Source: Amphiscolops sp. MND2022
Lineage: Eukaryota
Length of the DNA stretch: 64,000 nucleotides
Direction: 5' to 3'
NCBI GenBank assembly: GCA_964187785.1
Contig: OZ076411.1
Location: 9,982,001 to 10,046,000, forward strand
Shown: in pieces, positions 1-10,645 of the stretch
Layout of the letters: each line of letters begins with the position of its first letter
Position numbering within the stretch: the stretch's first letter is position 1
Notes under the pieces: model-generated
Databases searched by the model: none
The model's input: the letters and a program-made list of their open reading frames with translations, nothing else
What the model was told of the DNA's origin: nothing
Program-made: the position numbers and the translations under genes

Positions 1-151
1 GAGAGTGAAATAAAGTGAAACAAGTAAAGAAGTCCATGAATATTTCACTGGCAGATTCCATACCATGAACTGTGAATAAAGAGCATGACTAAAGGAAAGG
101 AGAAGATGGAAACATAAAAGAAAGTCTTACATGTAGCCACGACATCCAAGT

Positions 152-218
152 GATAATGATAGTAATAATAATATTAATAATAATAATAATAATATCAATA
201 ATAATAATAATAATGATA
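152..218 (+). repeat. (AAT)n microsatellite inside element 1
   Basis: Directly visible imperfect AAT run. Confidence 0.9.
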
Positions 219-997
219 AGAAGTCCGAGACTCTAAATTATTGGTAGGAGGTAGTAATTAGTCAAAAGAGTAGTTGTTGAGTAGAGGAAGTGAAATAAAG
301 TACATTTGGTAACAAGTAACGTTGTGCCGTCATGATGACTCATCGTCCAATTCGTTAGTATTGGTTGAATATTATTTGATTGTGAACTAGTAATACATTG
401 CCGTCAGGTTGACATTACGTCCACAGCTCTGTGCTTTTGCGTTAAAGACCATTGCCTTCATCAATTGTTTCCTCTTGTAGTATCACTTGAGCTAGACTGT
501 ATTACCTAGTAATCAGGATAGTCTCTCTGACCTTGAGCAACAGATTGATTCAGTCTTAATTTCACCTTTTCCTAACCTCTCACCAGCATAAATTCACAAA
601 TTTTGCTTGCGTTAATTTGAATTGATACCCTCATATTCCACTTTTCTCCATTATTCGTCATCTAGAGGATCTTACTTCACTACACGGCTCTCCAGACACA
701 AATTCCGTGTGAAAGAATTTGGCAAATTCCTATTTGTCTGCTTTACTAAAGAATATCTGGGATTACGTTGTGAAGTCAAACAAAATTCATCTTCAACAGC
801 GTACAACAATTGGTCACATCAATTCTGTTGATCGAATATGGATTCAACATCAGGTTGGTTCTTTTGAAAGTGTTAAAATTAGGCTTGATCAGGGCTCGTA
901 ATTCTAACTAAGTTACTTCCTCCATCGTGAAATGTTTGCTGTCAGCATGAACATTGTGTCAAAAGTATTTCCGGAAATATTTATTGAGCGCGGCTAG

Positions 998-3900
998 ATG
1001 GATTCATATTCAGGAAGTGAACCGCGTTTATTCATCTCATTCCGTTTAGGTGATGAATCTAATGGCCAACCTCTCCAATTGGTCGCTGAAGAAGAAAAAA
1101 TGGATACAACTGATTCCTTTGTAACTGCCTCTTCCACTGTCAATAATTTCCCCACCGTAAAGTCTATGACTCAGGGCCAGAATGATAATGACGACAAGTC
1201 AGATGATCCTGAGAGAGTAGTGGAAGACGATCCCAGTCTGGTGAGTGAGGGAGCAACTACAAGTTTGGGGAACATCACTGTGACGCCTCAAGATCCCCCC
1301 ATCACTATTTCCAACACAGAGGCCACTCCTCCTGCTATTACAGCAACTGGGAACATTGAGAGTAGTAGCACTGATGAGAGTTGTGGGGCTTACATCGCTC
1401 GAAAGTGGGAACAATTGGGCTGTTCGCAAGAAACTGGTACATCGAGTCAGAACGACTGGAGCGGCAAGAAGTTTAGCGAGAGTAGCATGATGGAGCTGAT
1501 GCCCGGTCAGTATTCCCCTACCCAAGATGAATTGGAGTTGGACGAAGCGCCAGAAGTTGCATTCCTGGACTCTCCCAAAGTACTATTGAAAAGCAGTCTC
1601 AAGTCTCGATATGGGCCTTCCGAAGCAAAAGTTCAAAGACTGAGCGTGAAGTTGAGTGCTCCAAGGACTGATTTGTCTGATGCCGCCGCCGGGACGGAAG
1701 GTCTCTCAAGTTCTGAAGCTGGATCCGAGTTCGCTGGGGAATTTGAAGCCCCCAGATTTACAGATCCAACAGCGAACATAGAATCCGATAAGGTAACCAG
1801 TGACGCCGGGTTAGAGTCTGAAGGATTAGTCGGGTCCACAGTGGCTGATGTCCTGTTTGCACCTGCCCAAGCTAACGTATTTAGAGTGAGTGATGTAGCC
1901 AGTAACACGTCAGTAGATTTCCCTGAATCAGCACCTCGAGTCCCTCAACTGTCAGCTAGTAGTCGCGCTTTGATAAAGGAGTATTTTGACGAGGCCACCC
2001 CCATCAGATTGTCTCCTGGGCATCCTACCCTTGCATTGAATGAGGGCCAAGTGAGTAGCTTGTTAAAAGTTGTAGAAGATGAAGCAGTTAAATCGTCGCT
2101 GAAAGCTATGGAAAACTTGGTACAACAAGCAAGTGGAGCCCAGCGGTCACCGACGGCCGTCATTCCGAGGTCGAAGAAAGCAATTTCTCAGACCAGTTAT
2201 GCTGGGTCACAATCTGGTTTGTCATCAGGTCATACAAGCGATACCAGTGGGGGAATCAGAAGTGACGATGATTTCGCCAGTATTGGATATGTCTACGAAC
2301 ATTCCGACCTGGAGAGTCAGCATTTTACTCCTCCCCCAACCGGACCGTCTGGAAGCCGTCAAATTGACCTTGTGTCACCTGAAGCTTCAACCCAGACTGA
2401 TAGCCCCGGAGGACAAACCTTGGCTGCGCTCAAAGCGGAGGCAGTATCGGAAAGGACTAAGTCTGGAACACGCCGAAGACAAAGCAAGAAGCCTACTCGT
2501 CCCAAAGGAGAGAGCAGACATCGGGTGCCTCGTGCCTGTAAAATCATGAAAGAGGCATATTTTAAAGGAATGGAGTGGACGAAGACGTTTGTAGGCGGAC
2601 CAGTTGATCCTCGCTGGAATCCGTACAAATTTTATTGCCAAATCTGTAAAGGCAATATATCAATTTATGGACGCGGCGCTCGAGAGATCCTTCGTCACCA
2701 CTCCACCGAACGTCATCTTCGTAAGGATCAGAGGTGGCGATACGAGCATCTTGCCATAGAAGACCCCGTGAGTGGAAGGATAAAACACCACGTCAGAGGG
2801 AAGGACGGACGACTTCTCACCCCCTACGAGCTTCAATTAGAATTACCCAAGTTCATTGGGGTGGAACTCGTGGACATTGGAGAGAAGCTTCCGTTCTACG
2901 ACGAATACGCTCAAGGAGTTGACTACATGGCTTCTTCATCCGACAACCGTGTTCGAGTCCAGATGTCAGTTCTGGGTAACTACTTGCGAAGCTACGGCGA
3001 TATCAGCACCCTGAGGAACCTCTGGCGGGATGTTGGGGTCGTTGTAAACCATCAGTCGCTCTTCACTGACTTTGACTGGAGTAAAGAACGGTTATCAGTA
3101 AGTATTTTCCTGCCGTTAAATCGACTTAAGGTCTTCCCCAGCCCAGTAATCGTTACCTTTGACCTGCGTTAAATATGATGTTTTCATTCTAGGCTCTCTT
3201 CCACCACCTGTTCCTACAAACTATACATGACATTGGAGACCATGTAGTTGCAGCGGGCGAGTATTCGCTGGAATTTATCAAGCAAGGAGTCTTCCTGTTA
3301 GTGTTCATTCGTTTCTGGAGAAAGGACGAGCTCTGCCGAGTTTTCCTGAAGCGAACCGGCCGGGTCCTGGGACAGTCGGCAGCCGAATTAAGCCTCATAA
3401 GTGACGTTTTGGCAGTTTTCTCACCCGGCCCCAACATTGTCAGTTGCTCCGGTTGCAGCCTGGAAACGATCCAGAAGGTAGATAGTTCTCCGTACAGTAA
3501 GCATGGACTCCAAAACCCTCTCAGATTTGAGGACTTTTCAATCGCGCGGCTAATGCATAAAGAAAGCTATAGCGTCTTTGGACGCATCGACTTCCACTCC
3601 GTTCTCAAGTATCTAATCATCTTCTTGGGGGGAAGCCTCGACTGCGATTGGACCTTGATGACGCCTGTGTTGGCAAAGGTTAGACTCTCTCATTTTAGGC
3701 TTGTAGTCCACGGCTCTTTCAAAGGTACTAATAAACTTGTTGTGTTCAGGCTGTTCGTACTTGCCAAATTGAACTCGCCACTCTCCCAACACTGTGTCAG
3801 GAGCTGCTTGCTAACTGGACAGATGTGACCAAATTCCTGAATGAACATGCACCTCCACATGAAATGATGGGAGTGAGAAAACAAGTAGGTCGCTGCCGTC

Positions 3901-5238
3901 CCGTTGACCTTCAGTCTAATTTCACTTGTTTCAATTTTCCTTGTGTTGTTCTAGCCTCAGAACCTAGAGCGAGCCATGATCTATGATGAGTTGTTTCTGT
4001 GCCGGCTTGAACTCTTCTATCGCTTGGTCAGGGATTGTAAGTATGGTCCACCCGTAGTACGTATCATTTCTTGAGCTTTCGACAATCATAGTGAACGCAA
4101 ATGTTTAGATACCACGAGCTTTGTGCCACATCTGACTGAACGACGGGATCATGGATTCCATATCTACAGGCAGTTATGCCAGTACCTCTTCAAGCTAGGA
4201 AGGCGGTGTATCAAGCCGAAAAGTCTGCCACAGGAAACAGATCTGTCAGGGATTTTGGGTATTGCTATGTCGGATGCCAAAGCCCTAGCCATTCCCGATT
4301 TCATCGCCCGATCGAAGCTCGACCGACGACTGAACGTGGCTTGCAAAGTCAAGGCAGAAAAGGAATTGAGCGACAAGAAGGGCAACCGGGCTAATCTTCC
4401 GAAACTCGTGAAAGAGAACAAAGAAGAGTTTGGGCGACTTGGGAGGAGCTACGTTGCCTACCTTTTCCATGCTGCCCAAAACAACTTACAACTGACCTCC
4501 ACCATTGTGAAAGGATTGGGCTCCTTTGATCTTTACATTATGTATCGTTCTCCCCTTATCCAGGCGCTGAATTGTTTCAAGCATCTTTTCCGCAGCTTTC
4601 ATCTTCGCGGTTACTTTCAAGCCGACGCGGAGTCCATCTATACAGAGGAATATTTATCATTCCTTGACGAGATCCGCAAAGAGATGCCTGATCTGGGCCA
4701 ACCAAGGGTCATAATCCAGGATGCAGTGACTCACATTTCCAATCATGTTGCCTTAGAGTCACGACCCCATCTTGCTCGGATCTTTAAGCTGAGCTGTTTA
4801 TGTTTGGATGAGAGTTATGTTAGTATGCCTACCGTGAAGTTTGGTCCAGTGCGGACAGATGACCCCAAAAGTAAACTTATTGACACCATTCTGCCCGTTC
4901 AATCCTTCTTTATTAACGTGGGGCGGAGCATAGATGCCTTCACTTCAGCTTCTTCAATAGCTAAGTTCCTTTCCTTCGAACCTACGTTCGGGAATACTGC
5001 CTTCTCTGACATGTATAGCCCCTGGGACAGCCTCAATCGCTTCGATCGCTCTGAAATTCTTGCTGCTTTACGTCCGGGCTCAATGAAGAGGAAGACTGAA
5101 AGTCGAAAACTGAGGTTTAAAGATCTGAAAAGCAACAGCAGTTCCAAGAGTCTTCCGCCAGCCAGTGCCAAAGGATCGCCTGTGAGGCGTCAATCAGACA
5201 GCGAGTTGCCCTCTAGTTCATCTATTAAAGACACTTAA
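998..5238 (+). CDS. Antisense 5-exon accessory gene of element 1: join(998..3097,3193..3678,3750..3884,3955..4036,4109..5238), 1310 aa; disordered N-terminus, BED-like zinc finger, putative inactive hAT-transposase-like domain
   Basis: GT-AG introns 3098-3192, 3679-3749, 3885-3954 and 4037-4108 join ORFs 998, 3301 and 4123 into one open frame (3933 nt). Every exon is homologous to the element 2 copy. C-x2-C-x16-HH-x4-H motif (CQIC...HHSTERH). Confidence 0.8.
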
Positions 5239-5465
5239 TTGTACTATATGTACATTTGTTTTTAGTTGTATTTATGTATCTTTCGTTTGTTGGCAGATTT
5301 GAGTTTGTTTATTTTATCGTTATTTGAAGTCTGTTTGTACCGTTGTGTCATTATGATGCCTGTGTTTGATCCATTATTGTGGACTACAAGTCAGTCGAGG
5401 CCCATAAAAAGATAATTGGAGAGTCAAAAGGTGTTGAGTCGGGCCAGTGAATTTACATGTTCTAA

Positions 5466-8400
5466 CTAGTATCTGTATTCGTCAGTAAAGTTGGGGGTAG
5501 GATTGGGACGTAGTTTATATCTCCCTCCCCTAGGACTTTCATTTTCTACAACACAATCATCAGTTTCTTCAATTAATACATCGGGCACGGTTGTATCGTT
5601 CCCCCCGGAAGTTGAAATTTCTGAATTTTCATCTCTAGGAAAGTCCTGATTGGTCAATTCATCGTTTTCAGATTCGGTACTTTGTTGCCGTCTAGCGGAC
5701 TGACGGTCCTCATTGTGTGCGTTTCTTGGGTACTGCTCCGTATTATCAGCCCCAGTATTTGTTTGCCGTCGCGCGGACCGAAGGTCCGCTTCGTTTATTT
5801 CGTTTGAGCGTGAGTCGCTATCAGTATCATCAGCGTGAGCGGCGTCAGTATTTGTTTGCCGTCGCGTGGACCGTAGGTCCAAATCTGTGATTATAGCATC
5901 TTGTTCATCGGAATTGGTAGGGAGTTCATTAGTAACAGTCCGATTTTCAGAATTAGGAGGGAAATCGTCAAAATTGGTTTCCCATGAAATGATGTACAGA
6001 TCATCTTGTGGAATAATAATTTCATCGTCTGCTTGTAAATTTCCTTCGGGACGAATGTCTTGTGGGGTAGTATTTGGAGTGTATTTTCTAAGGCGTATTC
6101 GGTGTAATATCTGCGTTTTGTTAGTACTAAGTTTGCGAACAATATAGTTGTCGTTAGGTAAAACTTTTTCAATGACGTACGGTCCGATCCAACGAAATTC
6201 ACGAAAAGGAATTTTAGAGCCTTGATGGTCAGCTAGGGGTTGTAAAATGAAGCAAAAATCTCCTTGTTGTAGCGGAGCTGCTTTAGCTTTTCGGTCATAA
6301 TATTCCTTGTACTTTAAATATGATTGCATGATGTTTTTCTTTGTTTGATCAATTAGTATTTGCGTACGTCTTTGAAATTCTTCAGCAAAATCAGTCGTTG
6401 GAGTGATCTTTGGGTTAGGGTTTAATCCTAACCGATGGTCTAAGATATTATAGGGTACTCTTCCGTGAAAAATTCGGGTGGGTTCGCATCCAAGACTTGA
6501 ATGATAGGTCGTGTTATAATTAAGGACGGCCAATGGGAGATATTTGTGCCATTGACGCCTGTATTCACCTGATGCCATTTTAAGGTTGCCCTTAAGGCTG
6601 GCATGAGTGCGTTCTAGTTTGCCTATCGTCTGAGGATGCTTTGTGGTCGCGCACCGAAGGTGAATTCCTAAAATTTTGGTAATTTCTTCTAGTAGTTTGG
6701 ACGTAACGGCAGTGCCTTTGTCGGTGATCAGCGTAGTCGGCAAGTAGGAATGTTTTGTCATGATATCAATAATGACCTTTGCCGTATTGACGGCCGAAGC
6801 GTCCGTTACTGGGTAGGCAAATAGATATCTCGAAAACACGTCCAGAGCCGTTATGACATTTTCGTAACCTCCACTTGGGGGTAAGTTGGGCAGAATGTCA
6901 ATTTGTAAGGCATCTTCTGGGCCAAGATCCCATTCAGGTAAATTGAGTAATTCAGGTGTTATGGATGCATTGTTGATTCTTTTGTCTTTTATACAAATTT
7001 CACACCCTTGGACCCACTTTTTGACAATTTTTGCAATTCCAGGAAAGTAGTATTTTCGTCGAATTTCGTGCAGCATTTTTGAGATTCCCGGGTGTTTGTT
7101 CGCGGAACCATGTAGTGATTGAAGTAATTCTGTGACTAGATGTTTCGGTAATAATGCTTGGCGGAATTGGACACTGCCTGTTTCATCGTAGTAGTCTCTG
7201 AAAATGATGTCATCATGTACGGACAGACGGTCAATTTGACGGCAGTAATGTCGGTAGCGCGAATCTTGCTGTAAGATGGTTTCAGAGTATTCGTCTTTTT
7301 GCAGTTTGAGTCGTAATTGATGCAAGATAAGGTCGTTCTGTTGTTCTATAGCCATGGTGGTTGGTTTTGCCAGCTTTTGTATATTTTGAGTTTGGAATTG
7401 TGTATTATCATGAGTGCTAAGATGATCTAACAAAATATCAGGAGGTTGATTCATTGGGTTTGACCTGGCGTCTTGTTTGCGTTTCCAGATTTGTTCTTCT
7501 GTTTCTTCATCATCGTCCGTATAGAAGATCTGTTCCTCTTCAGTAACTCCCGCTGATTGGACGTTGAGTTCAATGGGTGTGGTGGAAATATCTTCTCGTA
7601 TCCGGAGTATGAGTTTTTCTTTGGGACAGATTTCTAGACCTGACAAGTAGTCAGCGGCAGTATTGTTTTTGCCAGGTATATGGGCTATTGTGAAACTGAA
7701 TTGCATAACGTAGTCACACGCGTTCCACAATGTAGGTGGAATGATTTTTGTTTGAAAAAAGCGAGTGACTGACTTGTTGTCTGTTAGTATTATCACCGGT
7801 TTCGGGGTCCCCCAGAAGATATGGCCAAACTCTTTGAATGCAAAGAATATTGCTAGGAATTCTTTCGCATAAATGGACATCTTCAGTTGGGCAGGACTAA
7901 AGGTCTTGGATCCATATGCTACAGGTGCGAAGGCTTTTCGCGTCGAAGTATATTTTTCCATCGGATCGTCCTCGATGAGAACTGCATAACCTGCTGCCGA
8001 AAAACTAGCGTCTGTCATCAGGGCTATCTGTTTATCGGGTAGAGGTTGTTTGAGTGCCAGTTCACAACATCGGTCAAGAGCTTTGTTGATCTCGGTGAAT
8101 TTTTCTAACAGATCGGGTGTCACCATGACTTTGGCATCACTTTTCAATAACTTGAAAAACGGTGTGAGTTTTTCTGAGAGCCTTGGGATGTAGTTACGGT
8201 AGTAGTTCAAGATTCCCAAGTATCTTTGAAGTGCTTTCTTGGATTTAGGGAATTTGGTCTTTTCCAAGAAATTCTGGACCCTGGGTTGTTGTGGCCGCAC
8301 TCCTTCAGGAGTGATAGTGCGTCCCAGGAAGTCGATTTCCTTGGCTCCGAAATGGCACTTGTGCATCGTTAGTTTGAGACCAGCGGTCCTGATGCACTGG

Positions 8401-10643
8401 AACGTTGCTCGAAGGTTGTTGATGAGCTGAGTAGCGTCGTTTGCAGCTATCCCAATATCATCTACGTACTGAGCACATTGGTCAGCTTTTATCACTTTAT
8501 CCAGGTATTCGCGCATAAAGCTCGAGAATGCGGACAGCGCTCTGCTGAGACCTTGGGCAAGTCTACGATAGGCAAAGGTTCTGCTGGCAAAATTGAATGC
8601 CAGCATCTCGATTGACCTCTGGTCAGCCATCTGAAGGCAGTGGTATGCTTGAGAACAATCAAGTTTGCAAAATAATCGTTTGCCTGCCATGTGCTGCGCA
8701 GCATCCGTTAGTGTGCTGACAGGATGGTTGTTGTTGATATAATCGTCGGAAATCAGGTTGTTGATCTTTCGGAGGTCGACCAGGAGTCGAAGTTTGCCGT
8801 TAGGTTTTTTCTGGGCAAAAATGGGACTTGCATATTTGGAAAATGGGAGAGTTGTTATAATCCCATATCGATGTAATAGGGCTAGTTCTACAAGGATATC
8901 TTCTTTGAGGTTGATAGGAGTAGGTAAGCTTTGACTATAGGCAGGAGAGTCGTCTTTAGGGGTCAGAGTGACCTTGAAGTCCTCGTTCATACCTATATCA
9001 AAGCGGTGTCGTGCAAAAATATCGTGAAATTCAACAAGTAATTCTTCAATTTGGGCAATTTCGGCTGGATTTAGCGTCGAGTCTGTCCAGTCGAAGTTAG
9101 CAAGAAATTGTTTCCGCGATTCAGGGTCATCCTGAGGGTTGAGTTTCTCTAAATCTTGGAGATTTCGTAGTTCCCTAAGGATTCTTTGTTGTATTGGTGT
9201 GTGAGTTTGGGGATCTCCTGGTTCGTCTGGAGTAGGGAACCAATAGTTCTCACTATCATCGCTAGCTTTCGGAGATTTGATCAGGCTACTGGCATAATAG
9301 GCAGCATTTTCCGTGTTATCCTTCAAAAGGTGCCAAGTGGTCACAGGATCAATGGGTTTGACGTATTTCATCTGCTCTGGTGTGAGGACAGAGAAATTGG
9401 CAATGTGCGCACCTCTTTTGAGGGTGTACGGTTGGTCAGTGAAGTTGTTGACATGGATTGATACCTGACCTTGGGTCAGTGTGACTAGAGCGGCGCAGAA
9501 GGTTATATCACCATCTTCTGCAAGGTCGTTGCTCGGTTGAATAATTCCAGTGACGTTTGTGTCGTCATATAGTTGTGAGAACATGGAAACCATATGTCTG
9601 TCGTTGGGGGGAATAGTTATGTCCTCCCGTGCACAGATAGGATCCATGACGTTAGTGTACTTGTGGTCAGCTGTTTTCAATTGCATGGAGAAGAAAGGGA
9701 AGTTTAAAACTCCTTGACGCATGTCCAGTATGGTATTGTTCCGTTGCAGGAACGAGAGACCAATTAACGGACTTGTGAGTTTTTCCATAACAATGAAGAT
9801 CTCGTGGAAATCGATGTCCCCGACCTCGAATTTGAGTTCAACGGTGCTCTTTGGAGTCTCCAGCTGTCCATTGGCTACCATAATCTGGAAGTTGGGTGCC
9901 GGGCCCTCTTTAATTATTGACTGAGGGGCTAACAATCGGATTTTACGTAGATCAGCTTCTGGGATAGCGCTAGATACGGCTCCCGTGTCTACAAGGCCAT
10001 CTAATGTTAGTTCGCCAAAATCCATGGGGAAGTAGAGCATCCGTCGTTTGTATTTGAGTCCCAAATTGGTCGTCAACGGGACGTAGTCAGGTTCACCGTT
10101 TCGTGAGATCAGCGTGTTCACAAAGCGCTCTTCCACTGTTGCCGTCAATGTGACCAAAGGTCCATTGTGTGGAAGTTGTTCGGTTATTGCCTCCTGGATT
10201 GGTGAATTGGTGTTAATCCACACATTTTGCCAGGGGTCAACAGAGGCCGTGGATAGTTTTGTGTTCAGCATCCGATCAATGTGGGGTTGATCATGTTCGA
10301 TATCTGCAATGTTTTTGGTAAAGTTTTTGTAGAAGTGTAGCTGATGTTGGTTGTAGATTTGAATGTCCCAATAGGGATCGAATCCGAAGTCCGGGTCAGG
10401 ATAATATGGGTTGTAGTTATCGATTAGGGGAAGGGGGCGAATGGTCGTAGTATTAGAGTGCTGTCTGTCGGACTGAAGGTCCGGGTTGTGTAAGTGAGTA
10501 GGCGAATGCTTCACCTGCTGCTGCCAGTCAGCTGATGAATTTTCTTTAATGGAAGAGTAATATTCTGTATAATATATAGTAGGAGGATCAGATATTATAT
10601 ATTGTCTGATACGTAATTTTTCATTAATATGGAGTCGTGGCAA
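5466..10643 (-). CDS. pol: Pol polyprotein of element 1 (protease, dUTPase-like spacer, RT, RNase H, integrase), expressed by -1 frameshift
   Basis: LVDTGA protease, QYVDD RT, TDAS RNase H, H-x6-H..C-x2-C and D,D,E integrase motifs. The ORF track start is TTG, not ATG. Confidence 0.95.
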   Translation of the reverse strand: MPRLHINEKLRIRQYIISDPPTIYYTEYYSSIKENSSADWQQQVKHSPTHLHNPDLQSDRQHSNTTTIRPLPLIDNYNPYYPDPDFGFDPYWDIQIYNQHQLHFYKNFTKNIADIEHDQPHIDRMLNTKLSTASVDPWQNVWINTNSPIQEAITEQLPHNGPLVTLTATVEERFVNTLISRNGEPDYVPLTTNLGLKYKRRMLYFPMDFGELTLDGLVDTGAVSSAIPEADLRKIRLLAPQSIIKEGPAPNFQIMVANGQLETPKSTVELKFEVGDIDFHEIFIVMEKLTSPLIGLSFLQRNNTILDMRQGVLNFPFFSMQLKTADHKYTNVMDPICAREDITIPPNDRHMVSMFSQLYDDTNVTGIIQPSNDLAEDGDITFCAALVTLTQGQVSIHVNNFTDQPYTLKRGAHIANFSVLTPEQMKYVKPIDPVTTWHLLKDNTENAAYYASSLIKSPKASDDSENYWFPTPDEPGDPQTHTPIQQRILRELRNLQDLEKLNPQDDPESRKQFLANFDWTDSTLNPAEIAQIEELLVEFHDIFARHRFDIGMNEDFKVTLTPKDDSPAYSQSLPTPINLKEDILVELALLHRYGIITTLPFSKYASPIFAQKKPNGKLRLLVDLRKINNLISDDYINNNHPVSTLTDAAQHMAGKRLFCKLDCSQAYHCLQMADQRSIEMLAFNFASRTFAYRRLAQGLSRALSAFSSFMREYLDKVIKADQCAQYVDDIGIAANDATQLINNLRATFQCIRTAGLKLTMHKCHFGAKEIDFLGRTITPEGVRPQQPRVQNFLEKTKFPKSKKALQRYLGILNYYRNYIPRLSEKLTPFFKLLKSDAKVMVTPDLLEKFTEINKALDRCCELALKQPLPDKQIALMTDASFSAAGYAVLIEDDPMEKYTSTRKAFAPVAYGSKTFSPAQLKMSIYAKEFLAIFFAFKEFGHIFWGTPKPVIILTDNKSVTRFFQTKIIPPTLWNACDYVMQFSFTIAHIPGKNNTAADYLSGLEICPKEKLILRIREDISTTPIELNVQSAGVTEEEQIFYTDDDEETEEQIWKRKQDARSNPMNQPPDILLDHLSTHDNTQFQTQNIQKLAKPTTMAIEQQNDLILHQLRLKLQKDEYSETILQQDSRYRHYCRQIDRLSVHDDIIFRDYYDETGSVQFRQALLPKHLVTELLQSLHGSANKHPGISKMLHEIRRKYYFPGIAKIVKKWVQGCEICIKDKRINNASITPELLNLPEWDLGPEDALQIDILPNLPPSGGYENVITALDVFSRYLFAYPVTDASAVNTAKVIIDIMTKHSYLPTTLITDKGTAVTSKLLEEITKILGIHLRCATTKHPQTIGKLERTHASLKGNLKMASGEYRRQWHKYLPLAVLNYNTTYHSSLGCEPTRIFHGRVPYNILDHRLGLNPNPKITPTTDFAEEFQRRTQILIDQTKKNIMQSYLKYKEYYDRKAKAAPLQQGDFCFILQPLADHQGSKIPFREFRWIGPYVIEKVLPNDNYIVRKLSTNKTQILHRIRLRKYTPNTTPQDIRPEGNLQADDEIIIPQDDLYIISWETNFDDFPPNSENRTVTNELPTNSDEQDAIITDLDLRSTRRQTNTDAAHADDTDSDSRSNEINEADLRSARRQTNTGADNTEQYPRNAHNEDRQSARRQQSTESENDELTNQDFPRDENSEISTSGGNDTTVPDVLIEETDDCVVENESPRGGRYKLRPNPTPNFTDEYRY

Positions 10644-10645
10644 AT

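Noticed and set aside
3301-5238. Antisense ORFs as a tyrosine recombinase (DIRS-like element)
   Set aside because: No R-H-R-Y pattern is recognisable, and the elements have a DDE integrase, TG..CA LTRs and a TSD.
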